Origin: Klebsiella phage vB_Kpn_K2alpha62 | Reading direction: 5' to 3' (one strand) | DNA: 49,268 nucleotides | Sequence record: OY978817.1 | In this document: positions 1 to 9,683 of the stretch, one piece after another | Position numbering within the stretch: position 1 is the stretch's first letter | Layout of the letters: every line of letters starts with the position of its first letter | Program-made: the position numbers and the translations under genes | Notes under the pieces: generated by a model | The model's input: only the letters and a program-made list of their open reading frames with translations | The model's database searches: none | What the model was told of the DNA's origin: nothing

Positions 1-525
1 ATGTCTGAAGAACGCAAAAAACGCGTAACGAAATCGCACTTCGAAGGCAATTTCAAGGCTCTATACGAAAAAGATTTTGGCGTAGTGCTGGGCCGAACCG
101 CCGAAATGACGCCACAACAATTCTTCGAGATCGCGAAGGGTTATTTCCAGTGGGCCGAAGAAAACGCCATCAAGGCTGCGGAAACCGCCACTTTTCAGGG
201 CGATGTTAACGAGTGGGGAGTGAACAAGCCTCGCATTTTCACGCTCACGGGGTTAAGCCTGTTTTGCGGCGTGAACCAGTCAACGCTTGGGCGCTACCGT
301 CACGATCCCAACTATGCTCCCGTCATGGAGTTCATCGACTCCGTGATTTATGAGCAGAAATTCCAGCTTGCTGCCGTCGGCATGATTAACGCTTCTTTCG
401 TCGGTAAAGAGATGGGGATCGATAAGCCGCCAGTGCTGAACATCGACGCTATCGCCGGGGATAAGAACGAGATCACCGAAGAGAAGTTAGAGAAGGCAGT
501 GACCAATATTCTTGATAAGCTGTAA
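1..525 (+). CDS. terminase small subunit (phage DNA-packaging)
   Basis: 174-aa ORF immediately upstream of terL; position and sequence style typical of terS. Confidence 0.75.
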   Translation: MSEERKKRVTKSHFEGNFKALYEKDFGVVLGRTAEMTPQQFFEIAKGYFQWAEENAIKAAETATFQGDVNEWGVNKPRIFTLTGLSLFCGVNQSTLGRYRHDPNYAPVMEFIDSVIYEQKFQLAAVGMINASFVGKEMGIDKPPVLNIDAIAGDKNEITEEKLEKAVTNILDKL

Positions 526-534
526 GGGTCAGAT

Positions 535-2136
535 ATGAACGAAATGATCATTTGGGAAGACCTGTCGCCAGCCGATAAGCTGGCAATTAAGGCGCTGAGT
601 ACGCGCAACTTTTCGCTATTCCTGAAGATTTGGTTCCAGATCATCCAGGGCGAAAAGCTAATGTGGAACTGGCATCACTCCTACTTTTGCCACACGGTTG
701 ATGAAATTATCGCCGGGAAGCGCAAGAGCACGATCGTTAACGTTGCGCCAGGCTCCACGAAGACGGAGGTGTTTTCAATCCACCTCGCGCCGTATGCGTA
801 TCTTAAATGTCGGAAGGTTCGAAACCTTCAGATCTCGCAGGGTGACGCCCTGTCAAAAGGCAACTCTGATCGCGTGATTAAGATCTTCTCATCGAGCGAG
901 TGGCAGGAGCTATGGCCATCAAAGTTCGGTCGCAAGCAGATCGATGAATTTCAGGTCATGGACGATAACGACCGCGTAAGGCTGGAAATGGTCTCCCGTT
1001 CGTCCGGCGGCCAAATCGTCGGTAAGCGTGGCGGGTACATGACTCCTGGGTTTAGCGGCCTTATCGCGCTGGATGATATCGACAAACCGGATGATATGTT
1101 TTCGAAGGTGAAGCGTGAGAAAAACCACGTACTACTGAAGAACACTATTCGATCCCGTCGAGCGAAGAAGAAGAAAGGCGACGAAACGCCAATCCTTTCC
1201 GTGCAGCAGCGATTGCACGCGCAGGATGCCACCTGGTTCATGATGAGCGGAGGGATGGCCATCGACTTCGATCGCATTGTTATTCCGGCGATGGTAACGC
1301 GGGAATATGGCGAATCACTCCCTGACTGGTTGCGACCTGAGTTCGAGCGCGACGTGCTTTCCGGCCCGTCGGTGGTCATTGACGGCGTGGAATACTGGTC
1401 ATTTTGGGAGGAAAACGAATCGATCGAGAACCTGGTTGCGCTACGCGAAGCCGATCTTTATACGTTCCTTTCGCAGTATCAGCAGGAGCCAATCGCCCTG
1501 GGTGGTAACGTGTTCAAGTCGGAATGGTGGCGCTATTACGGCGATTCCGACAAGGCGCACGAGCCGCGCCCGGACAAGTTCGAATATACGTTCATCACGG
1601 CGGATACCGCGCAGAAGGTCAAGGAGCTAAACGACTACTCTGTAATGTGCTATTGGGGCAAGTATCGGGATCGCGTCTACTTCATTGACGGAATTCGCGG
1701 AAAATGGGAAGCGCCAGATCTCCGCGTTCAGTCCGAAGCATTCATCAAGCAGTGCTGGCGTCGGAACAAGGAGTGCGGAAACCTTCGCCGTATCTACATC
1801 GAAGACAAGGCGAGCGGTACAGGTCTAATCCAGGATTTGACGAAGGCGGTAAACGGCATGGGCGAGATCGTCCCGGTGCAGCGCGATAAAGATAAGGTCA
1901 CTCGCGCTATGGATGCACAACCAATCATCAAGGGTGGGCGTGTCGTGCTGCCGGACAATCACCCATTCATTGCAGAGCTTGAGGCGGAGATGAGCGCGTT
2001 TACATATGACGATTCTCATCCACACGATGATATTTGCGACAACGTGTTTGACGCCGCAAACCTGGAAATGAACCTGAGCGACGATCCGGTAGAGCGAATG
2101 AAACGCCTTGCGGGATTGAAAAAGCTGGGTCGCTAA
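535..2136 (+). CDS. terminase large subunit
   Basis: 533-aa ORF with Walker A-like VAPGSTKTE and a C-terminal nuclease-like region (TADTAQK, IEDKASGTGL, HDDICD). Confidence 0.92.
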   Translation: MNEMIIWEDLSPADKLAIKALSTRNFSLFLKIWFQIIQGEKLMWNWHHSYFCHTVDEIIAGKRKSTIVNVAPGSTKTEVFSIHLAPYAYLKCRKVRNLQISQGDALSKGNSDRVIKIFSSSEWQELWPSKFGRKQIDEFQVMDDNDRVRLEMVSRSSGGQIVGKRGGYMTPGFSGLIALDDIDKPDDMFSKVKREKNHVLLKNTIRSRRAKKKKGDETPILSVQQRLHAQDATWFMMSGGMAIDFDRIVIPAMVTREYGESLPDWLRPEFERDVLSGPSVVIDGVEYWSFWEENESIENLVALREADLYTFLSQYQQEPIALGGNVFKSEWWRYYGDSDKAHEPRPDKFEYTFITADTAQKVKELNDYSVMCYWGKYRDRVYFIDGIRGKWEAPDLRVQSEAFIKQCWRRNKECGNLRRIYIEDKASGTGLIQDLTKAVNGMGEIVPVQRDKDKVTRAMDAQPIIKGGRVVLPDNHPFIAELEAEMSAFTYDDSHPHDDICDNVFDAANLEMNLSDDPVERMKRLAGLKKLGR

Positions 2137-2143
2137 TACATAA

Positions 2144-2163
2144 TGTGGGCCTGACGGCCCACA
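2144..2163 (+). other. intergenic hairpin TGTGGGCC-TGAC-GGCCCACA, no U-tract
   Basis: 8-bp perfect dyad between terL and portal. Confidence 0.5.
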
Positions 2164-2181
2164 CTTAAACAAGGTTGAAAT

Positions 2182-3492
2182 ATGAATAACATTAAGATGG
2201 ACGACTATAATCAAATCTTTAATGGTGGCGCTGGCTATGCGTCAACCCTCGCGTCTATCGCGGCAAGATTTGGAACAATGTCGCAGGTTGAAGAGTTCTA
2301 TCATGAAAACGGCATGGCGAAGAAAATCGTTGACGTGATCCCTGAAGAGATGGTCGCTCCCGGCTTCCAGCTAAACGGAATTTCAGATAACACCAAGTTT
2401 CAATCAGAATGGGACGGGTTAAATCTGGAGCCGCAAATCACTGATGCTCTTTGCTGGGCGCGGCTGTATGGTGGCTCCTACGTCCTGGCGATGGTTAACG
2501 ATGGTCGCGCGTTGACTTCGGCAGCGAAGCGGGGTAAGCCGCTCGAATCGATCGTTGTTTACGACCATGATTCCGTTTCCGTCGCAGAGGAGGAAACCAG
2601 CCCACGAAGCCCACGATTCGGGAAGCCTAAAATGTACGAGGTGAAGCCGCTAAACGGCGGGCAACCGTTCAAGGTGCATTATACCCGTATGCACTACATC
2701 GACGGCGAGCGAGTAACCAACAAGGTGCGCAAGCTAAATAATGGTGCTGGTGGTTCGGTGCTGAATAAGTCGATCATTGAAGCGATTCTTGACTATGACT
2801 ATTCGGAATATCTGGCAACGCAGCTACTGAAGCGCAAGCAGCAGGGCGTTTGGAAGGCGAAAGGCCTGGCGCTAATCTGCGACGACAAAGAAGGCGAGTA
2901 CGCCGCCCGGTTGCGCATGGCGCAGGTTGATGCTAATTCCGGCGTCGGAAACACGATCGGCATTGATGCGGACGACGAAGAGTACACCGTTATCAACTCT
3001 GATATTACTGGCATCCCTGAATTCCTTTCCGCTAAAATGGATCGGATTGTCGCCCTGTCAGGCATTCATGAGATCGTGCTAAAAAACAAAAACACTGGTG
3101 GCGTAAGCGCAAGCCAGAACACGGCGCTACAGACGTTCTACAAACTGGTTGACCGCAAGCGCAATGACGATTACAAGCCGCTGTTAGAATTCCTGTTACA
3201 GTTCATTGTAACGGAGGAGGAATACAGCGTCGAGTTCGAACCGTTGTCTCTGCCTACCGATGCGGAGAAAGCGGATATCTTTAAGAAGAACTCCGATGCG
3301 GCTCGCGGCCTCGTTACCGACCAGGTTATTGACGCCAACGAAGCGCGTGATACTCTGTCGGCGTTGATTCCAGAACTGAAGCTAAAAGGAAACGCGCCGG
3401 AACAGAAAAAACTCCCCGATCGCAACACTGGTTCAGGGAAGACGCAAAGCGAAGAGATCTTAAACAACACGGAGGCTGATGATGAAAGTTAA
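2182..3492 (+). CDS. portal protein (DUF1073-like)
   Basis: 436 aa after terL; KKIVDVIPEEMV...GFQL, ARLYGGSYVL and SGIHEIVLKNKNTGGVSAS are typical of this portal family. Confidence 0.85.
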   Translation: MNNIKMDDYNQIFNGGAGYASTLASIAARFGTMSQVEEFYHENGMAKKIVDVIPEEMVAPGFQLNGISDNTKFQSEWDGLNLEPQITDALCWARLYGGSYVLAMVNDGRALTSAAKRGKPLESIVVYDHDSVSVAEEETSPRSPRFGKPKMYEVKPLNGGQPFKVHYTRMHYIDGERVTNKVRKLNNGAGGSVLNKSIIEAILDYDYSEYLATQLLKRKQQGVWKAKGLALICDDKEGEYAARLRMAQVDANSGVGNTIGIDADDEEYTVINSDITGIPEFLSAKMDRIVALSGIHEIVLKNKNTGGVSASQNTALQTFYKLVDRKRNDDYKPLLEFLLQFIVTEEEYSVEFEPLSLPTDAEKADIFKKNSDAARGLVTDQVIDANEARDTLSALIPELKLKGNAPEQKKLPDRNTGSGKTQSEEILNNTEADDES

Positions 3493-4246
3493 CGGCAGAA
3501 TCCCAAACTGGCGTTATCCTGAAGCAAGCGAGCGGGAGTTATCCCGCTCAATGCAGAACGCGGTGACAGAACTCGTGGTAGAAATGCGGGATCGCTTAGA
3601 CCGCCTTAAATTTGACGCCACGGCAGAGGAGATCAGCAAGGCAGAAGACGATATCAGCGAATCGGCCACCGTGTTCTTTTCCGCCGTAATTGCGGCGCTC
3701 GCCTCCATCGGGTTGACTATCTATAGATTCAATTCTAAACAGTGGCTTGCAATTGCGATCGCGGCTGGCGGGCGGAACAACGAATCAGTTATGCGCCTGA
3801 AAGAATTCGGCGCTGGTGGGTATGAAGACTGGTATCAGGAGTCGCTAAATAAGTGGCAGGATTCCGCCGAAGCGTCAATCAGGAAGTTAGCAAGCGATAT
3901 CGTTGCTGACTGGACAACGAAAGTTAGAACTGCCAATAACATCGGCAAGTCTCGCAAGCAGATCGATGAAATCATCGAAGGTCGATACGCTATTTATGGT
4001 AGCTGGTCGCGCAACCGGGCAAGCGGAATTATCGGAACTTTTAACAGTATGTTGATGATGCAGCGCCTGAAAGATGCTAAAGTATCGCATTACTTTTGGT
4101 TCGGGATGATGGACGACCGCGAGCGCGAGAGCCATATCAAGCTAGAAGGTAAGCGACGCCCTGTTAATGGTGACGGCATTTTCCCCGGCGAAGAGTACGG
4201 TTGCAGGTGCTGGGCGGTTCCGTCATTTGATAATGAGGATGGTTGA
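3479..4246 (+). CDS. SPP1 gp7-like head morphogenesis/minor head protein
   Basis: 255 aa; C-terminal DDRERESHIKLEGKRRPVNGDGIFPGEEYGCRCWAVP resembles the phage Mu F/gp7 motif. Confidence 0.8.
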   Translation: MMKVNGRIPNWRYPEASERELSRSMQNAVTELVVEMRDRLDRLKFDATAEEISKAEDDISESATVFFSAVIAALASIGLTIYRFNSKQWLAIAIAAGGRNNESVMRLKEFGAGGYEDWYQESLNKWQDSAEASIRKLASDIVADWTTKVRTANNIGKSRKQIDEIIEGRYAIYGSWSRNRASGIIGTFNSMLMMQRLKDAKVSHYFWFGMMDDRERESHIKLEGKRRPVNGDGIFPGEEYGCRCWAVPSFDNEDG

Positions 4247-4731
4247 TGGTTAACTTTAATGATTACTTTAATCACGTAGGAAAGGATCTGATATGGAAGC
4301 GAGCAACATCAAACCGCGTAAAAGTTGGTGATGTTGCCGGGTGGAAAGATGAGCATGGGTATGTATACATTAGATTCATGGGCAAACTGCGACAAGCTCA
4401 CCGGATCATTTGGGAAATGCACCACGGCCCAATACCCGAAGGAATGGAAATCGATCACATTAACCATGTAACGGACGATAACAGGATCGAGAATTTAAGG
4501 CTTGTAACCAGAAAGGAAAACTGTAAAAACGTATCAATGAGCGTAACAAACAAGAGTGGAGTTGTCGGCGTGAGTTGGTGCAAGAGAACAGGTAAATGGT
4601 TTGCATCCATAAGGGTTGATAAAAAAGAGCGATTCTTAGGTAGATACGAAGACAAAAACGAAGCCATTTCAGCAAGAAAGGCGGCAGAGGCAAAATACAA
4701 TTTCCATAAAAATCACGGAGATAAAAAATGA
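4246..4731 (+). CDS. HNH homing endonuclease with C-terminal AP2-like DNA-binding domain
   Basis: IDHINHVTDDNRIENLRLVTRKENCKN (HNH), then GVVGVSWCKRTGKWFASIRVDKKERFLGRYEDKNEAISAR (AP2-like). Confidence 0.88.
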   Translation: MVNFNDYFNHVGKDLIWKRATSNRVKVGDVAGWKDEHGYVYIRFMGKLRQAHRIIWEMHHGPIPEGMEIDHINHVTDDNRIENLRLVTRKENCKNVSMSVTNKSGVVGVSWCKRTGKWFASIRVDKKERFLGRYEDKNEAISARKAAEAKYNFHKNHGDKK

Positions 4732-5858
4732 AAAGAGTTCAAAGGTTCGACACGGTAAAGATGAAGGCCCGATTCGATGAGAACGGCTTTCTGGTTGATA
4801 CTCCGATCGTGGCGCGTATCGGTGCGCAGACGTACCAGACGCCAACCGGGCCGCGAGTCGAGTTCCGCCCGCGTTCTGAGGTGTTTGATGCTGAATCGCT
4901 GGCTTCATACCAGGGTAAGCCAATCACTTTGGGTCACAAGATGGTGAACGCGCAGAACGCAAAAGGCCTTGTCGTTGGCTCGTGTTCCGGCGCTGGCAAA
5001 GAGGACGGGATCGGGGTTCTTGTTCCGGTGATGATTTACGATGGTGAGTCGATCGAGAAAGCCAAAAAGCGCGTAGCCGCTGAGTTATCCGTGGGCTACA
5101 CTTCGCTCGATATCGATCGCAAAGGTTGGGGCAATAACGCAACTGGCGAATATTATTTCGATGAAGACCTTCCGGAAAACTTCGAAGAGATGAAAAATGA
5201 TTCCGTCTCTGATTGGGTTCGCTTTGATGCGGTGCAAACGAAGATTCGCGTGAATCACGTCGCGCTTGTTTTCCGTGGTCGTGCCGGGATTGCGAAATTA
5301 AATCTTGATAGCGAACAAGAATTCCCCTATGATGACGACTCAAACCACAAAGGAGCTAAAACAATGATCATTAAAATTGACGGCGTAGATGTTGAAGTGG
5401 CCGATAACGTAGGCGCTTACATTGCCAAACTAGACGCGCAAGTTGCATCGGCAACCAGTCAGGTAACTAGCATCACCGCAGAACGTGACGCGCTTCAGGC
5501 CAAAGTTGATGGCATTGAAGATGAAGTTGCCGCCCGCGTTGCTAAAATCAAAGCCGACGAAGACGCAAAACAGAAAGTTATCGCGGTGGTTTCTGCCGCT
5601 GGCGTCAAGTGCGACGACCTGGATGTTAAGGCGATGAAGGTTGCTTACATCAAAGAGGTAGACGGTCGTGATCTGTCTGACAAAGAAGATTCGTACATCG
5701 ACGCTTCTTTTGACTTTATCGCAAACTCTGATAAGATGGCTGGCAATCGCTCAAAAGTCTTCGGCAAAAAAGAAGATGGCGAGCAAAAAGACAAAGGCGG
5801 CTTACCGAAACTTGACGGCACCGAAATCATCGATCCGCAGGCAAAATTCCGCCGCTAA
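4728..5858 (+). CDS. DUF2213-like prohead/scaffold-associated protein
   Basis: 376 aa; VEFRPRSEVFDAESLASYQGKPITLGHKM...SVGY plus a C-terminal coiled region. Confidence 0.75.
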   Translation: MKRVQRFDTVKMKARFDENGFLVDTPIVARIGAQTYQTPTGPRVEFRPRSEVFDAESLASYQGKPITLGHKMVNAQNAKGLVVGSCSGAGKEDGIGVLVPVMIYDGESIEKAKKRVAAELSVGYTSLDIDRKGWGNNATGEYYFDEDLPENFEEMKNDSVSDWVRFDAVQTKIRVNHVALVFRGRAGIAKLNLDSEQEFPYDDDSNHKGAKTMIIKIDGVDVEVADNVGAYIAKLDAQVASATSQVTSITAERDALQAKVDGIEDEVAARVAKIKADEDAKQKVIAVVSAAGVKCDDLDVKAMKVAYIKEVDGRDLSDKEDSYIDASFDFIANSDKMAGNRSKVFGKKEDGEQKDKGGLPKLDGTEIIDPQAKFRR

Positions 5859-5864
5859 TAATTT

Positions 5865-5880
5865 GCGGCCTTCGGGCCGC
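5865..5880 (+). other. intergenic hairpin GCGGCC-TTCG-GGCCGC
   Basis: 6-bp stem with TTCG loop, no U-tract. Confidence 0.5.
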
Positions 5881-5909
5881 TACCAGACCAAATAAACAGG
5901 AGATTCAAA

Positions 5910-6428
5910 ATGGCACAGATTCCAGCTTCTTATTCCCGCAAGCGTGATATTGCCGTAGCGGGGCAGATCGCTGATACGTCACTTTACAATATCGACGGCA
6001 CTTGTGTTGCTGAAGGCGATATCAAAGCTGGCGTACTGGTGGCTTCCACTGGCGCAGTTTCCAATGGCCACAAGGTCGTTAAACCAGCAACCGCAGCGAG
6101 CGACGTCATTGTAGGAATCGCGCAATTCTCGCAAGCCTACTCGCCGGAAGGCCAGTATGATGACGAAAGTGCAGTTAACGTTATGACTCATGGCCGCATT
6201 TGGGCTGTCGCAGACGCCACTGTTACTGAAGAAGATTGCGCGTTCGGTTCTTTCGTCACCTTTACCGCAAACGGCACCGTAGCGAAGGGTGATGCCGGGG
6301 TTATCAAAACTGGCTACAAACACACTGGCGAATACACCAAGAACGCAGATGGCACCGTTCTGGTGAAAGTGCAGGTGCTTCAGGGAGCCGTTGCTCCAGC
6401 GGCTGCAACTGGCGGCGCTGGCGTATAA
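5910..6428 (+). CDS. structural/capsid cement protein (DUF2190-like)
   Basis: 172 aa directly upstream of the capsid gene; composition and position. Confidence 0.6.
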   Translation: MAQIPASYSRKRDIAVAGQIADTSLYNIDGTCVAEGDIKAGVLVASTGAVSNGHKVVKPATAASDVIVGIAQFSQAYSPEGQYDDESAVNVMTHGRIWAVADATVTEEDCAFGSFVTFTANGTVAKGDAGVIKTGYKHTGEYTKNADGTVLVKVQVLQGAVAPAAATGGAGV

Positions 6429-6433
6429 AATAA

Positions 6434-6452
6434 GGGGCTTCGGCCCCATTTT
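6434..6452 (+). terminator. intrinsic terminator GGGGC-TTCG-GCCCCATTTTT
   Basis: hairpin followed by a T-tract. Confidence 0.6.
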
Positions 6453-6470
6453 TGCACCAGAAAAAAACCT

Positions 6471-6498
6471 TTGACGGCTTAACGATTCGTGATATTCT
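6471..6498 (+). promoter_or_regulatory. sigma70-like promoter TTGACG-N16-TATTCT for the capsid gene
   Basis: near-consensus -35 and -10, upstream of the capsid ORF. Confidence 0.55.
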
Positions 6499-6538
6499 TC
6501 ATCTCGTTAAGCCAAATACACAAACAGGAGTTTTTCAG

Positions 6539-7498
6539 ATGACTATGAAATTAGATGCATTCGAACAGAGTGCAATTAAGGTCGCAATGCAGGGCATGGG
6601 CGTCGACGCCGCAAAACTGGATGCTTACGGTATCTGGACTGTTAAGCAGATGACTCAATTACTGAATCGCCAGTATGAGCAGGCATACCCGCAGACCAGC
6701 GCACTTGAGCTTTTCCCGGTAACTACCGAGATCTCGCAGACCGCCCGCCGCTTTGAGTGGCTCGAATTCGATGGCGTAACTTCTGCGAAAATTATCGCCG
6801 ATTACACCGACGATCTGCCTACCGTTGAAGCGATGGCGAAAGAGAAGTCAGGGAAAGTTTTCCGCCTGGGTAACGCGTGGTTTATTTCCATCGACGAAAT
6901 TAAAACTGGCGCGGCGCTGGGTTCCAGCCTGAGCGATCGCAAAGCAACTCTGGCCCGCGAAGGTCATGAGACGCTCGTTAATGATCTGGTGTTCAAAGGC
7001 TCAGCTCCTCACGGCATCGTGAGCGTTTTCGACCATCCGAACATTAACCGCATGACCGCCAGCGCGGCTTGGGGCGATGACGCAGCGGCGGCTGAAAAGG
7101 CATTCGAAGATCTGGAAGACCTGCTAAACATGATCGAAGAAACTACGCTGGGCCGCCATCACGCGACCAACATCGTGATTCCTCCGTCTAAGCGTCGTCT
7201 TCTGACGAAAAAGATGCCGGACACTAGCGGCGACTCTTATCTGACATGGTTCACCAAGAACCACCCGAACATCACCATTACGGCGATGGCGGAGCTGGAA
7301 GATATTGACGGCGCAGGCACCAAAGGCGTGCTGGCATACGAAAAAGACCCAATGAACATGAGCATCGAGATCCCTGAGCGGTTCAACATGCTGCCGATGC
7401 AGCCGAAAGACCTGCATTTCAAAGTTCCTTGCACCTCCAAATGCACTGGTCTCATCGTGTACCGCCCGCTGACTATTGCGATTCTCACCGGGATTTAA
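6539..7498 (+). CDS. major capsid protein (DUF2184-like)
   Basis: ATG with upstream AGGAG; GRHHATNIVIPPSKRRLLTKKMPDTSG...SMSIEIPERFNMLPMQPKDLHF resembles the DUF2184 family. Confidence 0.85.
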   Translation: MTMKLDAFEQSAIKVAMQGMGVDAAKLDAYGIWTVKQMTQLLNRQYEQAYPQTSALELFPVTTEISQTARRFEWLEFDGVTSAKIIADYTDDLPTVEAMAKEKSGKVFRLGNAWFISIDEIKTGAALGSSLSDRKATLAREGHETLVNDLVFKGSAPHGIVSVFDHPNINRMTASAAWGDDAAAAEKAFEDLEDLLNMIEETTLGRHHATNIVIPPSKRRLLTKKMPDTSGDSYLTWFTKNHPNITITAMAELEDIDGAGTKGVLAYEKDPMNMSIEIPERFNMLPMQPKDLHFKVPCTSKCTGLIVYRPLTIAILTGI

Positions 7499-7500
7499 TC

Positions 7501-7525
7501 AAAAAGCGCCTTCGGGCGCTTTTTT
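7501..7525 (+). terminator. intrinsic terminator AAAAAGCGCC-TTCG-GGCGCTTTTTT
   Basis: strong stem with T-tract after the capsid gene. Confidence 0.85.
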
Positions 7526-7589
7526 ATTGCATTGCATTCTACAATGTGCTTTAATTTGAAACCTAAAGTAAACCAATGGAGCATTAACA

Positions 7590-7886
7590 ATGGCCAGTAA
7601 AAAAGAAACCGTAGAAACCGTAGAAACCGTAGAAACCACCAGTGCCGAACAGGCGTCGCAGGTTGTTCAACTACAAAACGTTGGTGCATGTGCAATTCGC
7701 TATAAATGCAAAAATTACGTCTATGAGCAGGTTTTTGAAGTGCCGGAAGACGAGATCGACCGATTCCGCCACGAAATCTTCAAAGGCCGCGTCGAGTTCT
7801 ACGACAATCCAAAACGCACGCGCGAATACATCGCAGCGGTAAAGGCGAAAGCGAAAGAGATCGTGCAGCCTAAAAGCGCGGAATAA
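7590..7886 (+). CDS. small structural-region protein with N-terminal ETV repeats
   Basis: 98-aa ORF with RBS; [17 protein letters not shown]. Confidence 0.6.
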   Translation: MASKKETVETVETVETTSAEQASQVVQLQNVGACAIRYKCKNYVYEQVFEVPEDEIDRFRHEIFKGRVEFYDNPKRTREYIAAVKAKAKEIVQPKSAE

Positions 7887-7897
7887 TAAAAACCAAC

Positions 7898-7921
7898 AAA
7901 GGGCGCTTCGGCGTCCTTTTT
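7898..7921 (+). terminator. intrinsic terminator AAAGGGCGC-TTCG-GCGTCCTTTTT
   Basis: 9-bp stem with one G.U pair. Confidence 0.75.
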
Positions 7922-7939
7922 CATATCAGGAGATCGACC

Positions 7940-8356
7940 ATGAGTTACACAATTCAAGATGTGATCGATAAAATGCGCAGCCTTGCACCTCCGCTTAAAG
8001 AAGTTCCAGATGAACTGCTGTCTGCGTGGGTTGTGCTTGCCGAAGAGTTCGTTTGCAAATCCAGGTTCGGAGATTCCATCATTACGGCGATCGCATTGAT
8101 GACCATGCACCTAATGTTTTTGGATGGCGCGATGAAGCAAGAGGGCGAAAGCCTGGAATCTTATACGCAGCGAGTGGCATCGTTCACCCTGACCGGGGAG
8201 TTTTCCCAAACATTCGATCGCGTATCGGCGTCAAGCGACAACGAAATGCTTTCTACGCCGTGGGGCAAAATGTACTGGCGTATGCTCAAGATGCGCGGCG
8301 GCGGCTTCGGCCTTCTTACCGCCGGGAACGTTCGCCGCTGCGGAATTGGTAGGTGA
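7940..8356 (+). CDS. head-tail connector (DUF4054-like)
   Basis: 138 aa; [19 protein letters not shown]...[18 protein letters not shown]. Confidence 0.6.
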   Translation: MSYTIQDVIDKMRSLAPPLKEVPDELLSAWVVLAEEFVCKSRFGDSIITAIALMTMHLMFLDGAMKQEGESLESYTQRVASFTLTGEFSQTFDRVSASSDNEMLSTPWGKMYWRMLKMRGGGFGLLTAGNVRRCGIGR

Positions 8357-8361
8357 TCGCT

Positions 8362-8739
8362 ATGAACTACAAACAAATCCAGGCACGCGCAAGCGCGGGC
8401 ATTAAGTTTTTCAGTGACGCTGACGGCGTATTCAACAAGTACACGAAAGGCGCTGGCGGCGGAATCGATCCGGAAACCGGGGAAGATATCATTCCTGGTG
8501 ATGTGGTAACGACAATCAAGGGCGCGATCAGGGATGTAAATGACCGTGACATTAACGGCGAAACCATCCTCGCTGGCGATAAGCGCGGGTTTTTCACTCA
8601 TGATGTGCCAATCATGGAGGGTGACGAAATCGAAGTAGATGGCGAGCGCTACCGCGTTGTAAATGCCCGCCCGGTAAAACCAACGGGAACCGTCGTTGCC
8701 TACCGTCCAGTTTTGCGTAGGGTGGCGACTTATGGCTAA
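8362..8739 (+). CDS. head-tail adaptor/neck protein
   Basis: position and size; GEILAGDKRGFFTHDVPIMEGDEIEVDGERYRVV. Confidence 0.55.
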   Translation: MNYKQIQARASAGIKFFSDADGVFNKYTKGAGGGIDPETGEDIIPGDVVTTIKGAIRDVNDRDINGETILAGDKRGFFTHDVPIMEGDEIEVDGERYRVVNARPVKPTGTVVAYRPVLRRVATYG

Positions 8740-9169
8740 TTACACTATCCGTGAATTCACAGGCGCAATTGATGCATGGTGCAAGGCGGCTGGTGACGCG
8801 CTGGAGGACGTTGTTAGGTTTACGTGCGAAGATATTCACCGCGACCTTGTAATGCGTTCTCCGGTGGATACAGGGCGCTTCCGTGGTAACTGGCAAATCA
8901 CCTTTAACCGCGCCCCGCTTTACGCGATTAACGCATACGACCAAACGGGCGAGAAGACAATCCAGAACGGTAACGCCAACATTGCACTATACGCAAAAGG
9001 GGCAGGGATCACTTCGATCTGGTTCAGTAACATGCTAATCTATGCGAACGCGCTGGAATACGGCCACTCAAGGCAGGCTCCCAATGGCGTTATGGGTGTT
9101 GTTGCGATCCGGTTGGGCGTTTATGTTACTGAGGCAATCAAGCGAGCGAGGGCGAAAAATGCATTATGA
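8732..9169 (+). CDS. HK97 gp10-like tail completion protein
   Basis: DLVMRSPVDTGRFRGNWQI...YANALEYGHSRQAP motif. Confidence 0.75.
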   Translation: MANYTIREFTGAIDAWCKAAGDALEDVVRFTCEDIHRDLVMRSPVDTGRFRGNWQITFNRAPLYAINAYDQTGEKTIQNGNANIALYAKGAGITSIWFSNMLIYANALEYGHSRQAPNGVMGVVAIRLGVYVTEAIKRARAKNAL

Positions 9170-9590
9170 TATGGCGTTAAAATGCAAGGCGGCAGTGGCT
9201 AAATTTGCCGCCGAGAACGGGTTAAGTGTCGCGGGAGATAATGTTGACTTTAGACCCCCGGCGGGAGGTGAGGCCTACCTTAAAGTCTCCTACGTCGAGG
9301 CGTATTCAAGATCTGTTGACATATCAAGGAAATGCCGCGTCTACATGGGGATGGTTCAGATTGACGTTATCTTTAAGCCGGGTAACGGAACCGACCATGC
9401 GAGGCTTATTGCGCAAAACGTTGCAAAATATTTTCCCGAAGGTGAAATAATTGATCCTATTAATAAAGTTTATGTGAGCGAGTGGGCGGAAGTACACGGC
9501 GTACATAAGCACGAGACGGGTTGGTTCTTCCCGGTTCGGTTCACAGTAAGATGCAACCGTGTGGAGGAGAACGGCTATCAATCCACCTAG
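9159..9590 (+). CDS. minor tail/terminator-like protein
   Basis: position between the gp10-like gene and the tail tube gene. Confidence 0.5.
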   Translation: MHYDMALKCKAAVAKFAAENGLSVAGDNVDFRPPAGGEAYLKVSYVEAYSRSVDISRKCRVYMGMVQIDVIFKPGNGTDHARLIAQNVAKYFPEGEIIDPINKVYVSEWAEVHGVHKHETGWFFPVRFTVRCNRVEENGYQST

Positions 9591-9616
9591 CGGATCTTCA
9601 CGGCGCTTATAATTTC

Positions 9617-9645
9617 TTGCCAGCATGGAAATATATAGGCATAAT
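9617..9645 (+). promoter_or_regulatory. putative promoter TTGCCA-N17-CATAAT
   Basis: near-consensus hexamers upstream of the tail tube gene. Confidence 0.5.
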
Positions 9646-9683
9646 GGCGTTGTTAAACTTTCATCAAAACAGGAGTATTCAAC

